A stretch of 63,513 bases of DNA, filler included, from Octopus bimaculoides (lineage: Eukaryota): assembly GCF_001194135.2 (NCBI RefSeq). It is 9 parts of 8 records of this genome, joined end to end, with 100 filler letters (N's around TTAATTAATTAA, not from the genome) between each part and the next. Parts side by side here need not be neighbours in the genome. Positions count along the whole stretch, not along the records: positions 51,421 to 60,622 come from NC_068984.1; positions 60,723 to 62,192 come from NC_068995.1; positions 62,293 to 63,513 come from NW_026428012.1; 6 more parts are not named here. One strand, 5' to 3'. Shown here piece by piece: positions 52,058 through 63,513 of this stretch. The notes under the pieces were generated by a model, which saw only the letters and a list, made by a program, of their open reading frames with translations, was not told the DNA's origin and searched no databases. A program made the translations under genes and the position numbers. The first letter of the stretch is position 1. Each line of letters starts with the position of its first letter.

Positions 52058-53799
52058 ATTTTACTAAGCCTTTAGAATTTTACTAGAGGCTTAGTTCAAC
52101 CCAAATTTGTATGAATGAAATTGGGTTGAGACAAAAGTCCATTGGATAAACTGTACCAGTAATTCAGAGGTCCAGTTTTATAACAGTACCATTATTAAAA
52201 TTTATGGTTTCTGCCATTGGTGCAAGATCACAACTTTGTTGTGTGTGTGAAGCAATATCACTCACTTGTGGTCTTGCTTGCCGGGGCTGGGATTACCAGA
52301 GGTTAGTTGTCCCAGAGGCAGCATCATGCATAGAGTTGACCAGGTCCATCAGTGCCCCCCACCACTGATGGTCTCATGCCAGCCCCTCTGCATCCTCCAA
52401 AATGACTCAGATCTTCTTTGTTAAATCAGAGACTCACAGAACCAGTCATAGGTTTAGAAGTTGGCTGCATTAACCTTTTAATGGGTTACAGTGACATTTG
52501 AACATTTAGTAAAGTTATATAGATATTGATAAAAAAAATATATTGATCAGGCTATTTATTTTTTGTAAAATGGAAAGAAGAGTTCTGAGTTAATTTGAAA
52601 TTTTTACTATTCAGAAATGGCTGGTAAGGTTTATTTTATTATTTTGGTTTTTCAATTACAGTTTAAATTATATTCATTCTTGCACACAGATTTCTGATTT
52701 TATTTTATCAACCTCTAGGTGGGCCCCAGACAGTATGCAAAAATATACTGTGTGCAACAGCAGGAAATAAAAGTTTTGCGTCTTTGGCATAAATTGATTC
52801 CAGGACATGACACATACTGAGAACTTAAGAATTTTTTGGTTTGATGTATAGTGCCTGACTTTATTAATAATTCCTACACAGATGGAATCTGATTATGAAA
52901 ATTACAACCATGCTTTGGAGAAGTTAGTAATTAAAAAATTAGGAAACTTTAAGAATAGGTATTTCTTCAAATGAGTATTCCTAGAAATAGCATCCATAAT
53001 TCCTTAAACTGTTTTGAAAGTATATACAAAAAAGATGGGGTGGTCACAAGTGGATTTTGTTTGATCCCATCTGCCATGTCAAATTTGATGTAAGGCTTAC
53101 ACAACAACACCATATCATCAAGATACAGGAATGTATTACCATAAAGCCTTGATGTCTAACTTTGGCAAAAGGAATGTGACAAGTATGTAGACTTGAGGAG
53201 GTAAAGTTGGTTCCTAAAAGACTGAACTTGGGACACAAAGCAGTGTAATAAAATACCACAAGACATTACCATTACAACTGTCAACCACCCCTACCTAGAA
53301 TAATAATTTTTCACATAACCACAGATTAAAGGGAGAGGGGGATTAATCAATCCAAAGACATGACGCGTACGTTATCAAGAACAAAATGAATGAAAGGAAG
53401 GTTGGCTTCAGTGGGATTTGAACTCGGAATGTAAAGATCTGAAAGAAACTTTATGAGATATTTTTCCAATGCTTTAACAATATAGTCTGACGTTGCTCAA
53501 TAGATTATGTCACTCACCAATTAATTTTAATTACAATAATTTGGTGCCACACAACTTGTTATGCCATTCCTCACTTTTAATATTATCAATAATTATCATA
53601 ATAATAATCATCCAAAATAACCCACCCATGACGCACCCTACACAATTATCACCTGATACTAAAATGCATAACACAATTCACAAATACCATACTGTTACAT
53701 AATCACCACCCAACATTTATATTCATGATGCAACTCACAAAACGTGCTCAGACCCAAGGATTCTCAGCTGGGGTGCATATGGCTCTTGGGGATCCAAAC

Positions 53800-54244
53800 A
53801 GATCAGGTGCTAGAACATAACAGACCGAACCTAGTGGTGGTGGACAAGGTGCACCACGTATGCTATATAGTTGATGTTGCATGACCCTTTGATCCACGAA
53901 TAGTCAAGAAGGAAGGCGAAAAGACAGATAAATACAGCCCTCTTAAGTACGAAATAGCCCGGCTATGGAAAATGAAGAAGGTGAAGATAGTGCCAATTAT
54001 TGTTGGGTCCTTGGGGACAGTATCAGAAGGCATCAAGAGGAATATTAAGGAAATTGGAATAGAGTTCCCAGTGGAACTGTCACAAAAGGTTTGCCTCCTT
54101 GGCACGGCCAGAATAATAAGGAAAGTATTAGAATGTTGAAAAGAACGAATAGCATGGTACATAGGTTACAGGTAGAAAGCCCACAACACATGTAAGACTC
54201 CAGAAGTTCCAACAAAACCTGTGATAAAAAGAAATAACAATAAC

Positions 54245-54299
<55 letters not shown>

Positions 54300-54300
54300 T
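53800..54300 (+). mobile_element. R4/Dong LINE 3' fragment with (TAA)n tail
   Basis: HNRPNLVVVDKVHHVCYIVDVA*PFDPRIVKKEGEKTDKYSPLKYEIARLWKMKKVKIVPIIVGSLGTV...KVCLLGTARIIRKVLEC*, then a UTR and (TAA)n from ~54235. Confidence 0.85.
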
Positions 54301-55277
54301 TTTTTTCTTTTGTTTCTACATACAACTGTACTGGGATCCAAATAACGATCCGGAGTTATACTGGGATCCGGGAACATGCTTGCTCTTCGAGCCACAAGCC
54401 CTGGCTTTTTCTTTGGTTGGTACCCAAATGTGGGTATCTTCAGAGATAATGGTTTTGAATAATATAGATGAAATGCAGACATGATTGTAGATATGTATGT
54501 ATATATATATATTTATATATATGTAATGTGTATGTTTGTATCTTGGGTATATGTATCCCAGTAGCACACTTGAGCAAGTATTTTACATGTTTTTTTTTTC
54601 TTGTCTCAGAATTAATTATCCATTCAGCATCACATTAAAATAATAATAATTATTATTATTATATTAATTCAAAGGTAAATTCCAATGAAAAGTGGTGGAG
54701 GAGAGAAAGAAAGAGCTCTAAAGAGAGAGGTAGACTTTTGCATGGCGCTTGATCCATCAAGGTGTGAAAACAGCAGTGTGAAAAGTTGTAAAGTCAACAC
54801 GAGGTGAGGCACAATTAATTAGTTACTAATGAACAGATCATTAGATTATACAGCATGTAGAGAAAGTTGGCAGCCGTAATAGTTGTTATAATGATAATGA
54901 TGATGGTAGTGATGGTTGTGGTGAAAGTGAAAGTAGATGTATAACAGTGGTAGCAACAATGATTGATCATACCTGTGGTGGTGGTGGTAGTAGTGAATGT
55001 GGGAGTGGAATCAGTGATAGTATTGTAAATGAATGGTACTGTGATAAGGGCGGTGGTGGTGGTGATAATGATGATATTGATAATGGTGATTACGATGGTG
55101 GTGATGGCTGTGTGGGGGGAAGGTGGAGACAGAAATGATGATGGTGGTGGTGGTGAAAATATCAATGATGTAGGATTACAAGAATTCAGAGTTAGAGTGA
55201 CATCATCTGAGTCAAATAAGTCTTGTGTGTGTGCGTGCATATGTGTGCGTGTGTGTGTGTGCGTGTGCGTGCGCGTG

Positions 55278-55314
<37 letters not shown>

Positions 55315-55771
55315 TATGGAACAAACAATCGCCCTTGTTTGTAAATACTTGACAACAGTTAATCTACAGTAGTAGTAGTAGTAGTGGTGGTGGCGGTGAT
55401 TAATCTATGCTTAATAGTTAATAAATATACTGAAAGATGAAGTGCATATGTTTGTGTAAGAATGGGAGTGTTAGTGTACGCGTGTGCACACGCAGCATTA
55501 CAACAACACATCTGTATTATCCAGACACACACACATGCACAGCGACACACACTCAATTACATACAATGATATAAAGACTCCCACATACACAGATATACAA
55601 ACACACACACACACCACAAGTTACTAAAAATATGCTAATACTTTAGCAAAAAGCTGTGTGGTGGATTGTTTAATTAAACTCAGTCACTTATTGACCAAAT
55701 ATCACCAAACACTACATTCTGTACACACCAGAATGTGTGTAAGATGTCTGCACCTAAATTAGAAAGTATGT

Positions 55772-55811
<40 letters not shown>

Positions 55812-55859
55812 TTGTGTAGGGAAGGTGGAGACAGAAATGATGGTGGTGGTGGTAGTGAT

Positions 55860-56175
55860 GGCACGTTAGAAAATCATTTGAGCGAGGTCGTTGCCAGTGC
55901 CGCTGGACTGGCTCCTGTGCAGGTGGCACGTAAAAAAAACACCTTTTTGAGTGTGGACGCTGCCAGTGCCGTCTGACTGGCCCTCGTGCCGGTGGCACGT
56001 AAAAGCACCCACTACACTCTCGGAGTGGTTGGTGTTAGGAAGGGCATCCAGCTGTAGAAATTCTGCCAGATCAGATTGGAGCCTGGTGCAGCCTCCCAGC
56101 TTGCTAGTCCTCAGTCAAATCGTCCAACCCATGCTAGCATGGAAAGCGGACGTTAAATGACGATGATGATGATAA
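55860..56175 (+). mobile_element. SINE 3' part with a duplicated internal hairpin unit and an RTE-like tail (another tail at 62600-62760)
   Basis: Two copies of gccagtgcc...gactggc...gtgc..gtggcacgtaaaa, then ttaggaagggcatccagctgtagaaa...catgctagcatggaaagcggacgttaaa and (TGA)n. Confidence 0.75.
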
Positions 56176-56269
56176 TGATGATATATATATATATGATAGG
56201 CTTCGTTCAGTTTCTTATTTCTTTATTGCCCACAGGGGGCTACACACAGAGGGGACAAACAAGGAGAGA

Positions 56270-56448
56270 CAAATGGGTTAAGTCGATTATATCGACCCCA
56301 GTATGTAACTGGTACTTATTTAATCGACCCCGAAAGGATGAAAGGCAAAGTCGACCTCGGCAGAATTTGAACTCAGAACGTAGCGGCAGATGAAATACCA
56401 TTAAGTATTTCGCCCGGCGTGCTAATGTTTCTGCCAGCTCGCCGCCTT
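56270..56448 (-). mobile_element. SINE type B, adjacent to a SINE A 5' half (56450-56580, minus strand)
   Basis: aagtcgattatatcgaccccagt...ctgccagctcgccgcc is a close match to the other type B copies. Confidence 0.9.
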
Positions 56449-57531
56449 TTTTTCAGTTCCTGTCAACCAAATCTACTCACAAAGCTTTGGTCAGCCTGAG
56501 GCTATAGAAGACACTTGCCCAACCCAGAGCTATGTGGCTGGGATGCAAGCCTCATACCACACAGCCACACCTGCGCCTATATTGCAGGCAGGTAGCACGT
56601 AGTTATATATATATGGTAAGTAGGAATATATACACATACATGATATGTATGTCGGTAGTGGGTATATGGTTCACTATGTATATATGATAAATACTATGTG
56701 TTGTTTGGTCATAGGTCAATCCAGATCCAGTAAAATTCTGACCAAAAACATTCTGATCATGAATTTGAAGAATATTTGGTCACAATGTCCAGCAGGCTGA
56801 AAGACAACATGGAGCTCCATCACCAACATTATGGCCTGAAGTACCTGGTGGTATTTAAACCCAGTTCAGCCCTATTTAAGGATGCATATCAAAGACAACT
56901 GGCCAATACTTCGTGAGTGGGGTCATGTGCAGCTGGGTATCAGTCAGTATGGACTGTCTTCTCAGGAGGAATTTCAACCATGTTTCGTGGTCTGCTACCA
57001 CAACAGCTCCTTTATAGGATCCAGTTAGCTCAAGACATCATCAGGAGGAACCACGTCCGGTTTCGGCCCCTACTCCTCTACCGTTTTGATGTGGCGGGGC
57101 CACCCCCTTTCGGAGGTGTTTTCAGCTCTGGTGTTGGGTGCATGTCTTCTTTCACTGTTTGTGACTGTTCTAATTCAACTGTGGAATGTCCCTCGCTACT
57201 ACTACTACTACTACTACTACTACTATGCTGCCACCACCACTGGTATTATTGCCATGACCATTACTTACAGCTTCAGAACAGCCACCACCAGTACTACAAC
57301 CTACACATTACTACATACAGCAGAGCACACATAGTAATCTTGCTGACAACCAGATCAACTCCTTCTCTTATAATGATGATGATGATGATGATGATGATAA
57401 CAACCATGGCAGCCACATTAAACAGATTAACAGTTGCCAAAAATCAATATTTACAAATATAATGAAGGATTAGGTTTCGTTGAGGCATTAACAAATTGGT
57501 GTACAGACTAGAATTCAATTCACAGCAGGAT

Positions 57532-57578
<47 letters not shown>

Positions 57579-58214
57579 CCATGATGGATAACATGAACTG
57601 GAAAATACTACACACACACACATATATATATATAACTGGGCCATCGCTGAGCCCTGCAACCCCTGTGGTTGCAGGGAACTTCCATGGTTGAGGGGCTCCA
57701 TGTTAAGATAAGAGTATGTAGATGGGTCGTCTATTTACTCTGGTTAAGATGTTGAACAAGAATTAAACTGTGTTAACTGAAAATTTCAGGAAACAAAACA
57801 GTAATACACTGTACCTGCAAAAGCTCTTGTAAAAATATATTGTACCACGAACATGTACCAGACTTTGTGAATTGTCTATGACACCTATTGAACATGAACT
57901 TGGTTCTCAGCAATATTATTCTGAACTGATCCATAATTTCGCGAAGTGGAAAGTGTACCGTGTTTGTCTTTGAAAGTTGCCTGGATTCTAAAAGTGCTCT
58001 TTTATTCATATCTGGAAGTTTTACTTATTGAAATTTGTAACAGACCTCAATAGATTTAACTTGTATTTTTAGAGATGTTCTTTAGGATAACGTGAAATAT
58101 TGAACTTCAGATAGAATAAAGTAAAATATAGCTATGAATAAAAGGTGTGTTGATTATGAATTTTCATTAAAGGGATGGGGCCTCGAAACAAAAAGTTGCA
58201 GGGGCCCTCCAAAA

Positions 58215-58375
58215 GTCATGCGATGGAGCTGTATGTAAATATGGAAGAGGGAGACCCAGGAAGACATGGGACGAAGTACTGAAGGCTGGTCTTGAGACAC
58301 TGCACCTGGTGAAGGAAATGACAAAGGACCGAGATCTATGGCGCTTTGCTGTATTCAAGAAGGCACATAGACCAC
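58215..58375 (+). mobile_element. RTE LINE ORF C-terminal fragment
   Basis: KYGRGRPRKTWDEVLKAGLETLHLVKEMTKDRDLWRFAVFKK matches the RTE motif GRP.KTW...DR..WR. Confidence 0.75.
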
Positions 58376-58394
58376 AGCAGAATTCTTTTCTACT

Positions 58395-58580
58395 CAAGGG
58401 CTGAAATTTTGGGGGAGGGGACCAGTCGATTAGATCGGCTCCCAGTACACATCTGGTACTTAATTTATCGACCCCGAAAAGATGAAAGGTAAAGTTGACC
58501 TTGGCGGAATTTGAACTCAAGACGAGAAGACAGGTGAAATACTACTAAGTATTTCGCCTGCTGTGCTAACGTTTCTGCCA
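58395..58580 (-). mobile_element. SINE type B
   Basis: gtacttaatttatcgaccccgaaaagatgaaaggtaaagttgaccttggcggaatttgaactc. Confidence 0.85.
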
Positions 58581-58820
58581 CCACAGCAGAATTGATGTCC
58601 CAAAACCACATAGGTAATGCTTGTCTGTGAAGGGCTCTGTCCCATGCCCACCTGCATTGGTTATGCCCTGTCAACCATTCCCTCCCCATCATTTCATCCT
58701 CTAACCACCCATCACTTACCCATCACCTGAAAGTAGGATAGATACACACTACATCTCCCACCCCTATTTCTCTCTTACCTTCCTTCATTCACCCTGAACC
58801 ACTTCCATTTCTCCATTCTC

Positions 58821-60600
58821 CATACACATTCACGAGTATGGAGTTCTGTGTCCTCTCGATATGTCGATGATATCAACTTAGTGGTAAAGACACCCCCACA
58901 AGAGAGTACCCCTGAAATAGAAATAGAAACTAAGACTATGGAGAGCATCCACCAAATAGCTAACTCCATCCACCAGAGTATTAAAGTTACAATCGACTAC
59001 CCTACTAAACACCCTAACCATAGATTACCTGTATTAGATACTGAACTCTGGCTAGAAACTAAGAACAATAAAACCAGAATCCTCCATTCACACTATACAA
59101 AACCTATGGCCTCCAAATACCTGATCCACCGGAACTCGGCTATTGCGGACAAAGCCAAATTCAACATATTGATGGCAGACCTCGTCAGAGTAATGCGAAA
59201 TGTCTCCTGCATGTGCGACCCTACAGAATTAAAGAGACATATATACAACATTTCGTCCACCACATGCAGTTCTCAGGTTACAGCCATAAAGAAAGGATCA
59301 GGGTATNNNNNNNNNNNNNNNNNNNNNNNNNNNNNNNNNNNNNNNNNNNNNNNNNNNNNNNNNNNNNNNNNNNNNNNNNNNNNNNNNNNNNNNNNNNNNN
59401 NNNNNNNNNNNNNNNNNNNNNNNNNNNNNNNNNNNNNNNNNNNNNNNNNNNNNNNNNNNNNNNNNNNNNNNNNNNNNNNNNNNNNNNNNNNNNNNNNNNN
59501 NNNNNNNNNNNNNNNNNNNNNNNNNNNNNNNNNNNNNNNNNNNNNNNNNNNNNNNNNNNNNNNNNNNNNNNNNNNNNNNNNNNNNNNNNNNNNNNNNNNN
59601 NNNNNNNNNNNNNNNNNNNNNNNNNNNNNNNNNNNNNNNNNNNNNNNNNNNNNNNNNNNNNNNNNNNNNNNNNNNNNNNNNNNNNNNNNNNNNNNNNNNN
59701 NNNNNNNNNNNNNNNNNNAAACTTAAGCTAAGAATTAAGGTTGTTGAAAGGCCAGGCAACCCTATTAAATCCCTTATCAGTAGAACATACCCTTTCAGTA
59801 GAACCCCCTGCACTGATAAGAACTGTACCGTATGTAGATTTAGCCCACAAACAAACTGCAAAACCAGAAATGTGGTCTATAGTATAAGATGTACAGAGGG
59901 ATGATGCAGAAATAAGACAATGACATATGTAGGCGAAACAGGGGCATAGGGGAGCGGGAAAACGAACACTGGAGGGAACTTAAGGAAGGGAAGAACTCAT
60001 CAGTTCTGTACCAGCACGCTGAGCAAGAACATAGAGGCTCAATCAACAACATAGAAATTAAAATCTTATCTACACATAGCAGTGATGCAGCACTTAGACA
60101 AATTACTGAAGCTACACACATAATAGAAGAGAAACCTAGCCTGAATAGGAAACTAGAATGGAACACTAACACACACCACTAACAAACCACAAACCACAGC
60201 ATGTGACAACATGTTAACCATAAACCAATAATAATATGAACAAAGTATAATACAATACATAGATAAACAAATGGAATTAAATACTACATACGATAACAAA
60301 ATTTAATTAAACACAAACCCCCCCACACACACACACACATACACACATGAACAAATAAATAAATAGAAACAAATACAAACGAACACGTATTAACAGAGAA
60401 TATAGGTGATACAGACACTCCCCATACACACATGCACTTACAAAAGACACAGACACATTGAAAGACACACATGCGTAGATACATACAATAGGAATACAAA
60501 ATACAAAATGGCTGATATTTAGCATAAGAAGGAAGGAAACAAAGGACCACTGATGAGGTCACAGAAGTGTGACGAAAGAACTCTGGCCGAAATAAGATTA
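58821..60600 (+). mobile_element. 5'-truncated Penelope-like element (copy 2): RT thumb, gap, Cys-rich linker, GIY-YIG endonuclease, 3' UTR
   Basis: RYVDD motif at ~58857; thumb region to 59306. After the gap: IKVVERPGNPIKSLI...PCTDKNCTVC...NCKTRNVVYSIRCTEG*CRNKTMTYVGET(fs)IGERENEH...YQHAEQEH...RQITEATHIIEEKPSLNRKLEW. Frameshifts at ~59240 and ~59945. Confidence 0.9.
60544..60588 (+). ncRNA. Minimal type I hammerhead ribozyme in the PLE 3' region
   Basis: ggacca-CTGATGA-g-gtcac-agaagt-gtgac-GAAA-gaac-TC-tggcc: catalytic core, 5-bp stem II, 2-bp stem III, and stem I (ggacca/tgg-cc) with one bulge. The position downstream of GIY-YIG is typical of PLEs. Confidence 0.72.
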
Positions 60601-60722
60601 AGATTAATGTAATATAAAGCTGNNNNNNNNNNNNNNNNNNNNNNNNNNNNNNNNNNNNNNNNNNNNTTAATTAATTAANNNNNNNNNNNNNNNNNNNNNN
60701 NNNNNNNNNNNNNNNNNNNNNN

Positions 60723-60791
<69 letters not shown>

Positions 60792-61611
60792 AAGGGAGAG
60801 GGAGGGAGAAAAGAAAGGAACAAACCTAGGATTAGACAATTCAAGAATCGATCTTGAAAAAAAAAACAAAAGAAAAAAGAAAAACGGATGAAATGTAAAA
60901 TTGACCCCAGGCAAAATTTGAACTCAAAACTCATAGAGATGCAGTAAAATACAGCAAAGTGGTCTATACGGTGTTCTTATAAGTTCAGCAATTTGTTTCC
61001 GAGATGCATTACAAGGTCAGTAGTGTTTTATTAGGAGAAAAACAGTAATAAATGATTACATCGAATCTGGACCAGGACGCCTCTTCGCGGTCGCTCGACC
61101 AGCTAAAAGCTGCAGCAAAATTCCCAACACCATACTCTATCCCTCTCTCTTTCCTTGTGTACCATGCTTACAAGCGTTGGCAATCATGGACCTCTACTCT
61201 AAGATCTGGCGATCCTTAATTTTTTCCTTCAGAGACAGAAGTAGATACTTACTGTCCCCTGCCAGACAGTTTACTCTGTTAGTCTCCTGTTTTCCCTTGC
61301 TAATCTTTGATGCACAGGGCATATTTAACCCTTAGTCAAATGGACTGATTCATATGACATCAGAGCATGTCCACAAATATACCCCGTGGGCCTGTGTGAC
61401 ACATGTCTAGAGACACCTCGAAGTTTTGTATGCTTTATTCACAGAAACGTCTCTTGCTCTTCGCTTCATAACTTGACAGAAATTACCTCCCTGGGCCAAA
61501 ACAGGACTGAAAATAGTGGTGATGGCTAAGGGACAACTCCACAGCCTCCAAATTTCTAAAAGCCCCAGCTGGAGCCTCATCACCGAATGCTGTTTAATAT
61601 TTTGCCCAGGG

Positions 61612-61830
61612 TAAGGAAGCGAGCTGGCAGAGTCGTTAGTACGCCGAGCAAAATGCCTGCCGGTATTTTCTCCGTCTTCGTGGTCTGAGTTTAAATTCCG
61701 CCACGGTCGTCTTCACCTTTCATACTTTCAGGTCGATAAAATAAGTACCAGTTGACTATTGAGGTCGATGTAATCGACTTACCCATGACTTCAAAATTGC
61801 AAGCCTTGTGTTATAACTTGAAACCTATAT
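61612..61830 (+). mobile_element. SINE type B (a SINE A 3' half lies on the minus strand at ~61900-62095)
   Basis: gcgagctggcagagtcgttagtacgccgagcaaaatgcc...gagtttaaattccgcc...aggtcgataaaataagtaccag. Confidence 0.85.
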
Positions 61831-62152
61831 CTTGTCCAGGGCATCATACTGTAACCTCTTAAAAACGATTTGGTTAGAAATGAATGAACAATACATTATT
61901 ACTCTTGTGTTCTTTGTTTGTTTGAATCCTTGGACTGCGGCCATGCGGGGACATCGCCTTGAAGGATTTAGTCGATCAAATTAACAACAGTATTTATATT
62001 TTTCAAGAGCTGCTGCTTCTATAGGTATCTTTTTGCCGGATCGTTAAGCTACGAAAACGTAAACAGATCAACACCGCTTGTGAAAATGGCACGAGGACGT
62101 GCCAAACAAAAAGACACGCTCACGCATTAATACAAACGCGCGCGCACACACA

Positions 62153-62192
<40 letters not shown>

Positions 62193-62292
62193 NNNNNNNN
62201 NNNNNNNNNNNNNNNNNNNNNNNNNNNNNNNNNNNNTTAATTAATTAANNNNNNNNNNNNNNNNNNNNNNNNNNNNNNNNNNNNNNNNNNNN

Positions 62293-62600
62293 GTGTCAAG
62301 AACAATGAAAACTTTTTGAAAACTTTGTGTAGGCCTCTGAGCCTATAGGTATTGCCAAGCTTTTGGCAAAATTTGATGCAGATTCTCTGCTCAACTTTCT
62401 CTGTCATGGTCAATGCAATGAACACATGCTACACACATTACTTCCAAGCACTACTGCAAACAGCGAAAGTGAGCTAGAATCTTAAAAGTTAGTGCACATG
62501 CACAGCAGAGTTCAAGGTCAGTCTGTGCCAAGCAGCTTCACTCTGCATCCTTTAGCTTCCTTACTATGGCAACAATTGGGATACTTATTGATCTGACTAC
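62293..62600 (-). mobile_element. Second copy of the two-left-end mariner derivative (right arm and junction; the rest lies in a gap)
   Basis: Reverse arm MTEKVEQRICIKFCQKLG joins forward CVKNNENFLKT at the same aaaactttg junction seen near 44000. Confidence 0.8.
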
Positions 62601-63513
62601 ATGTTTATGTTGGCGTTAGGAAGGGCATCCAGCTGTAGAAACTCTGCCAAATTTAGATTGGAGCCTGGTGTTGCCATCCGGTTTCACCAGTCCTCAGTCA
62701 AATCGTCCAACCCATGCTAGCATGGAAGGCGGACGTTAAACGATGATGATGATGATGATGAAAACAAAACTTGACTAAATCTAAAAGCTCAACATAAAAT
62801 ATTCTCAGTAGCTTCTTCACAAATCTCCTGGAGTGGCTCTCTTCCTTCTCTCATCAGTTAAAGAGATGAAATCATTGAAATTAGTCATTACTCATTTTAC
62901 CCCAATTTAGACATCGTTTTTTGAAAATTGAAAATTATCAAATTAGACATTCGCATGGGAAAAAAATTGACTTGGAATCCAACAAAGAAAAGAATACAGT
63001 TAAACACCAAAAATTATCTATATATTTTAGTAGCAACCTCAGTAAAAAGAGAGGAAAAATTTCTTGGAGAAAAAAGTACCCATCATCTGACTGTTTCAAA
63101 CTCTCTCAGCTTGAACAACAACAACAACAATTTTTACTCCTGAAGATGATGCAACAGCACCAAATGGTGATGCAATACTTGCAATGTAATGGTTTCGAAC
63201 AGGCATGGAGAAAATAATGAGAAATCAGAAATTACTCATTTTGCTCCAGTTACCAATTTTCCTCCCCCCACCCCCACCTTTGATAAACAACCATCACAAA
63301 TTGCTGGATGTATTCATCTAACAAATCAATTAACTAAGCTAAAATTCTTCATTAAAATAAATAAAGAGATAAAAAGAAAAAATCATCACTTTACATTTTA
63401 AAGAAACAAATTAGTGAAACTCAGCTGCTAGGGAACTCAAGAACAACAAAATAGACAGACACAAGCGCATGCATACACACACATGCACACACATTCACAC
63501 ACACACACACATA

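Noticed and set aside
55880-56010. Tandem hairpins in the RTE-tailed SINE, considered as an HDV-like ribozyme
   Set aside because: The P1 strands are only ~8 nt apart, leaving no room for P2/P3/L3; the nested double pseudoknot cannot be built.

Overview
This is AT-rich eukaryotic non-coding DNA, either a gene desert or a giant intron. It is probably from an octopus (coleoid cephalopod); this is inferred from SINEs resembling the octopus OK/OR1/OR2 types and from the very high microsatellite load, and was not checked against a database. No host protein-coding exon, tRNA or rRNA gene, CRISPR array or prokaryotic system could be supported. Most ORFs in the track are artefacts of microsatellites or N-gaps. 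The window is a mosaic of mobile-element relics. These include about 30 tRNA-derived SINE copies of several modular types, Tx1-like, RTE and R4/Dong LINE fragments (the R4 pieces mostly abut (TAA)n arrays), Tc1/mariner and hAT transposase relics, and several MITEs and foldback elements. The most interesting item is a young Penelope-like element (RT, Cys-rich linker, GIY-YIG) at 58.8-60.6 kb with a minimal hammerhead ribozyme in its 3' region. It has a ~98% identical twin at 39.6-39.9 kb in the opposite orientation, truncated at almost the same point, and the 58.8 kb copy carries a 30-bp terminal inversion. Also notable are a mariner derivative built from two left ends (two copies share one junction), head/tail shuffling between SINE families, and several long inverted repeats. 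All translations and alignments were done by eye, so boundaries are approximate unless TSDs or TIRs are quoted.
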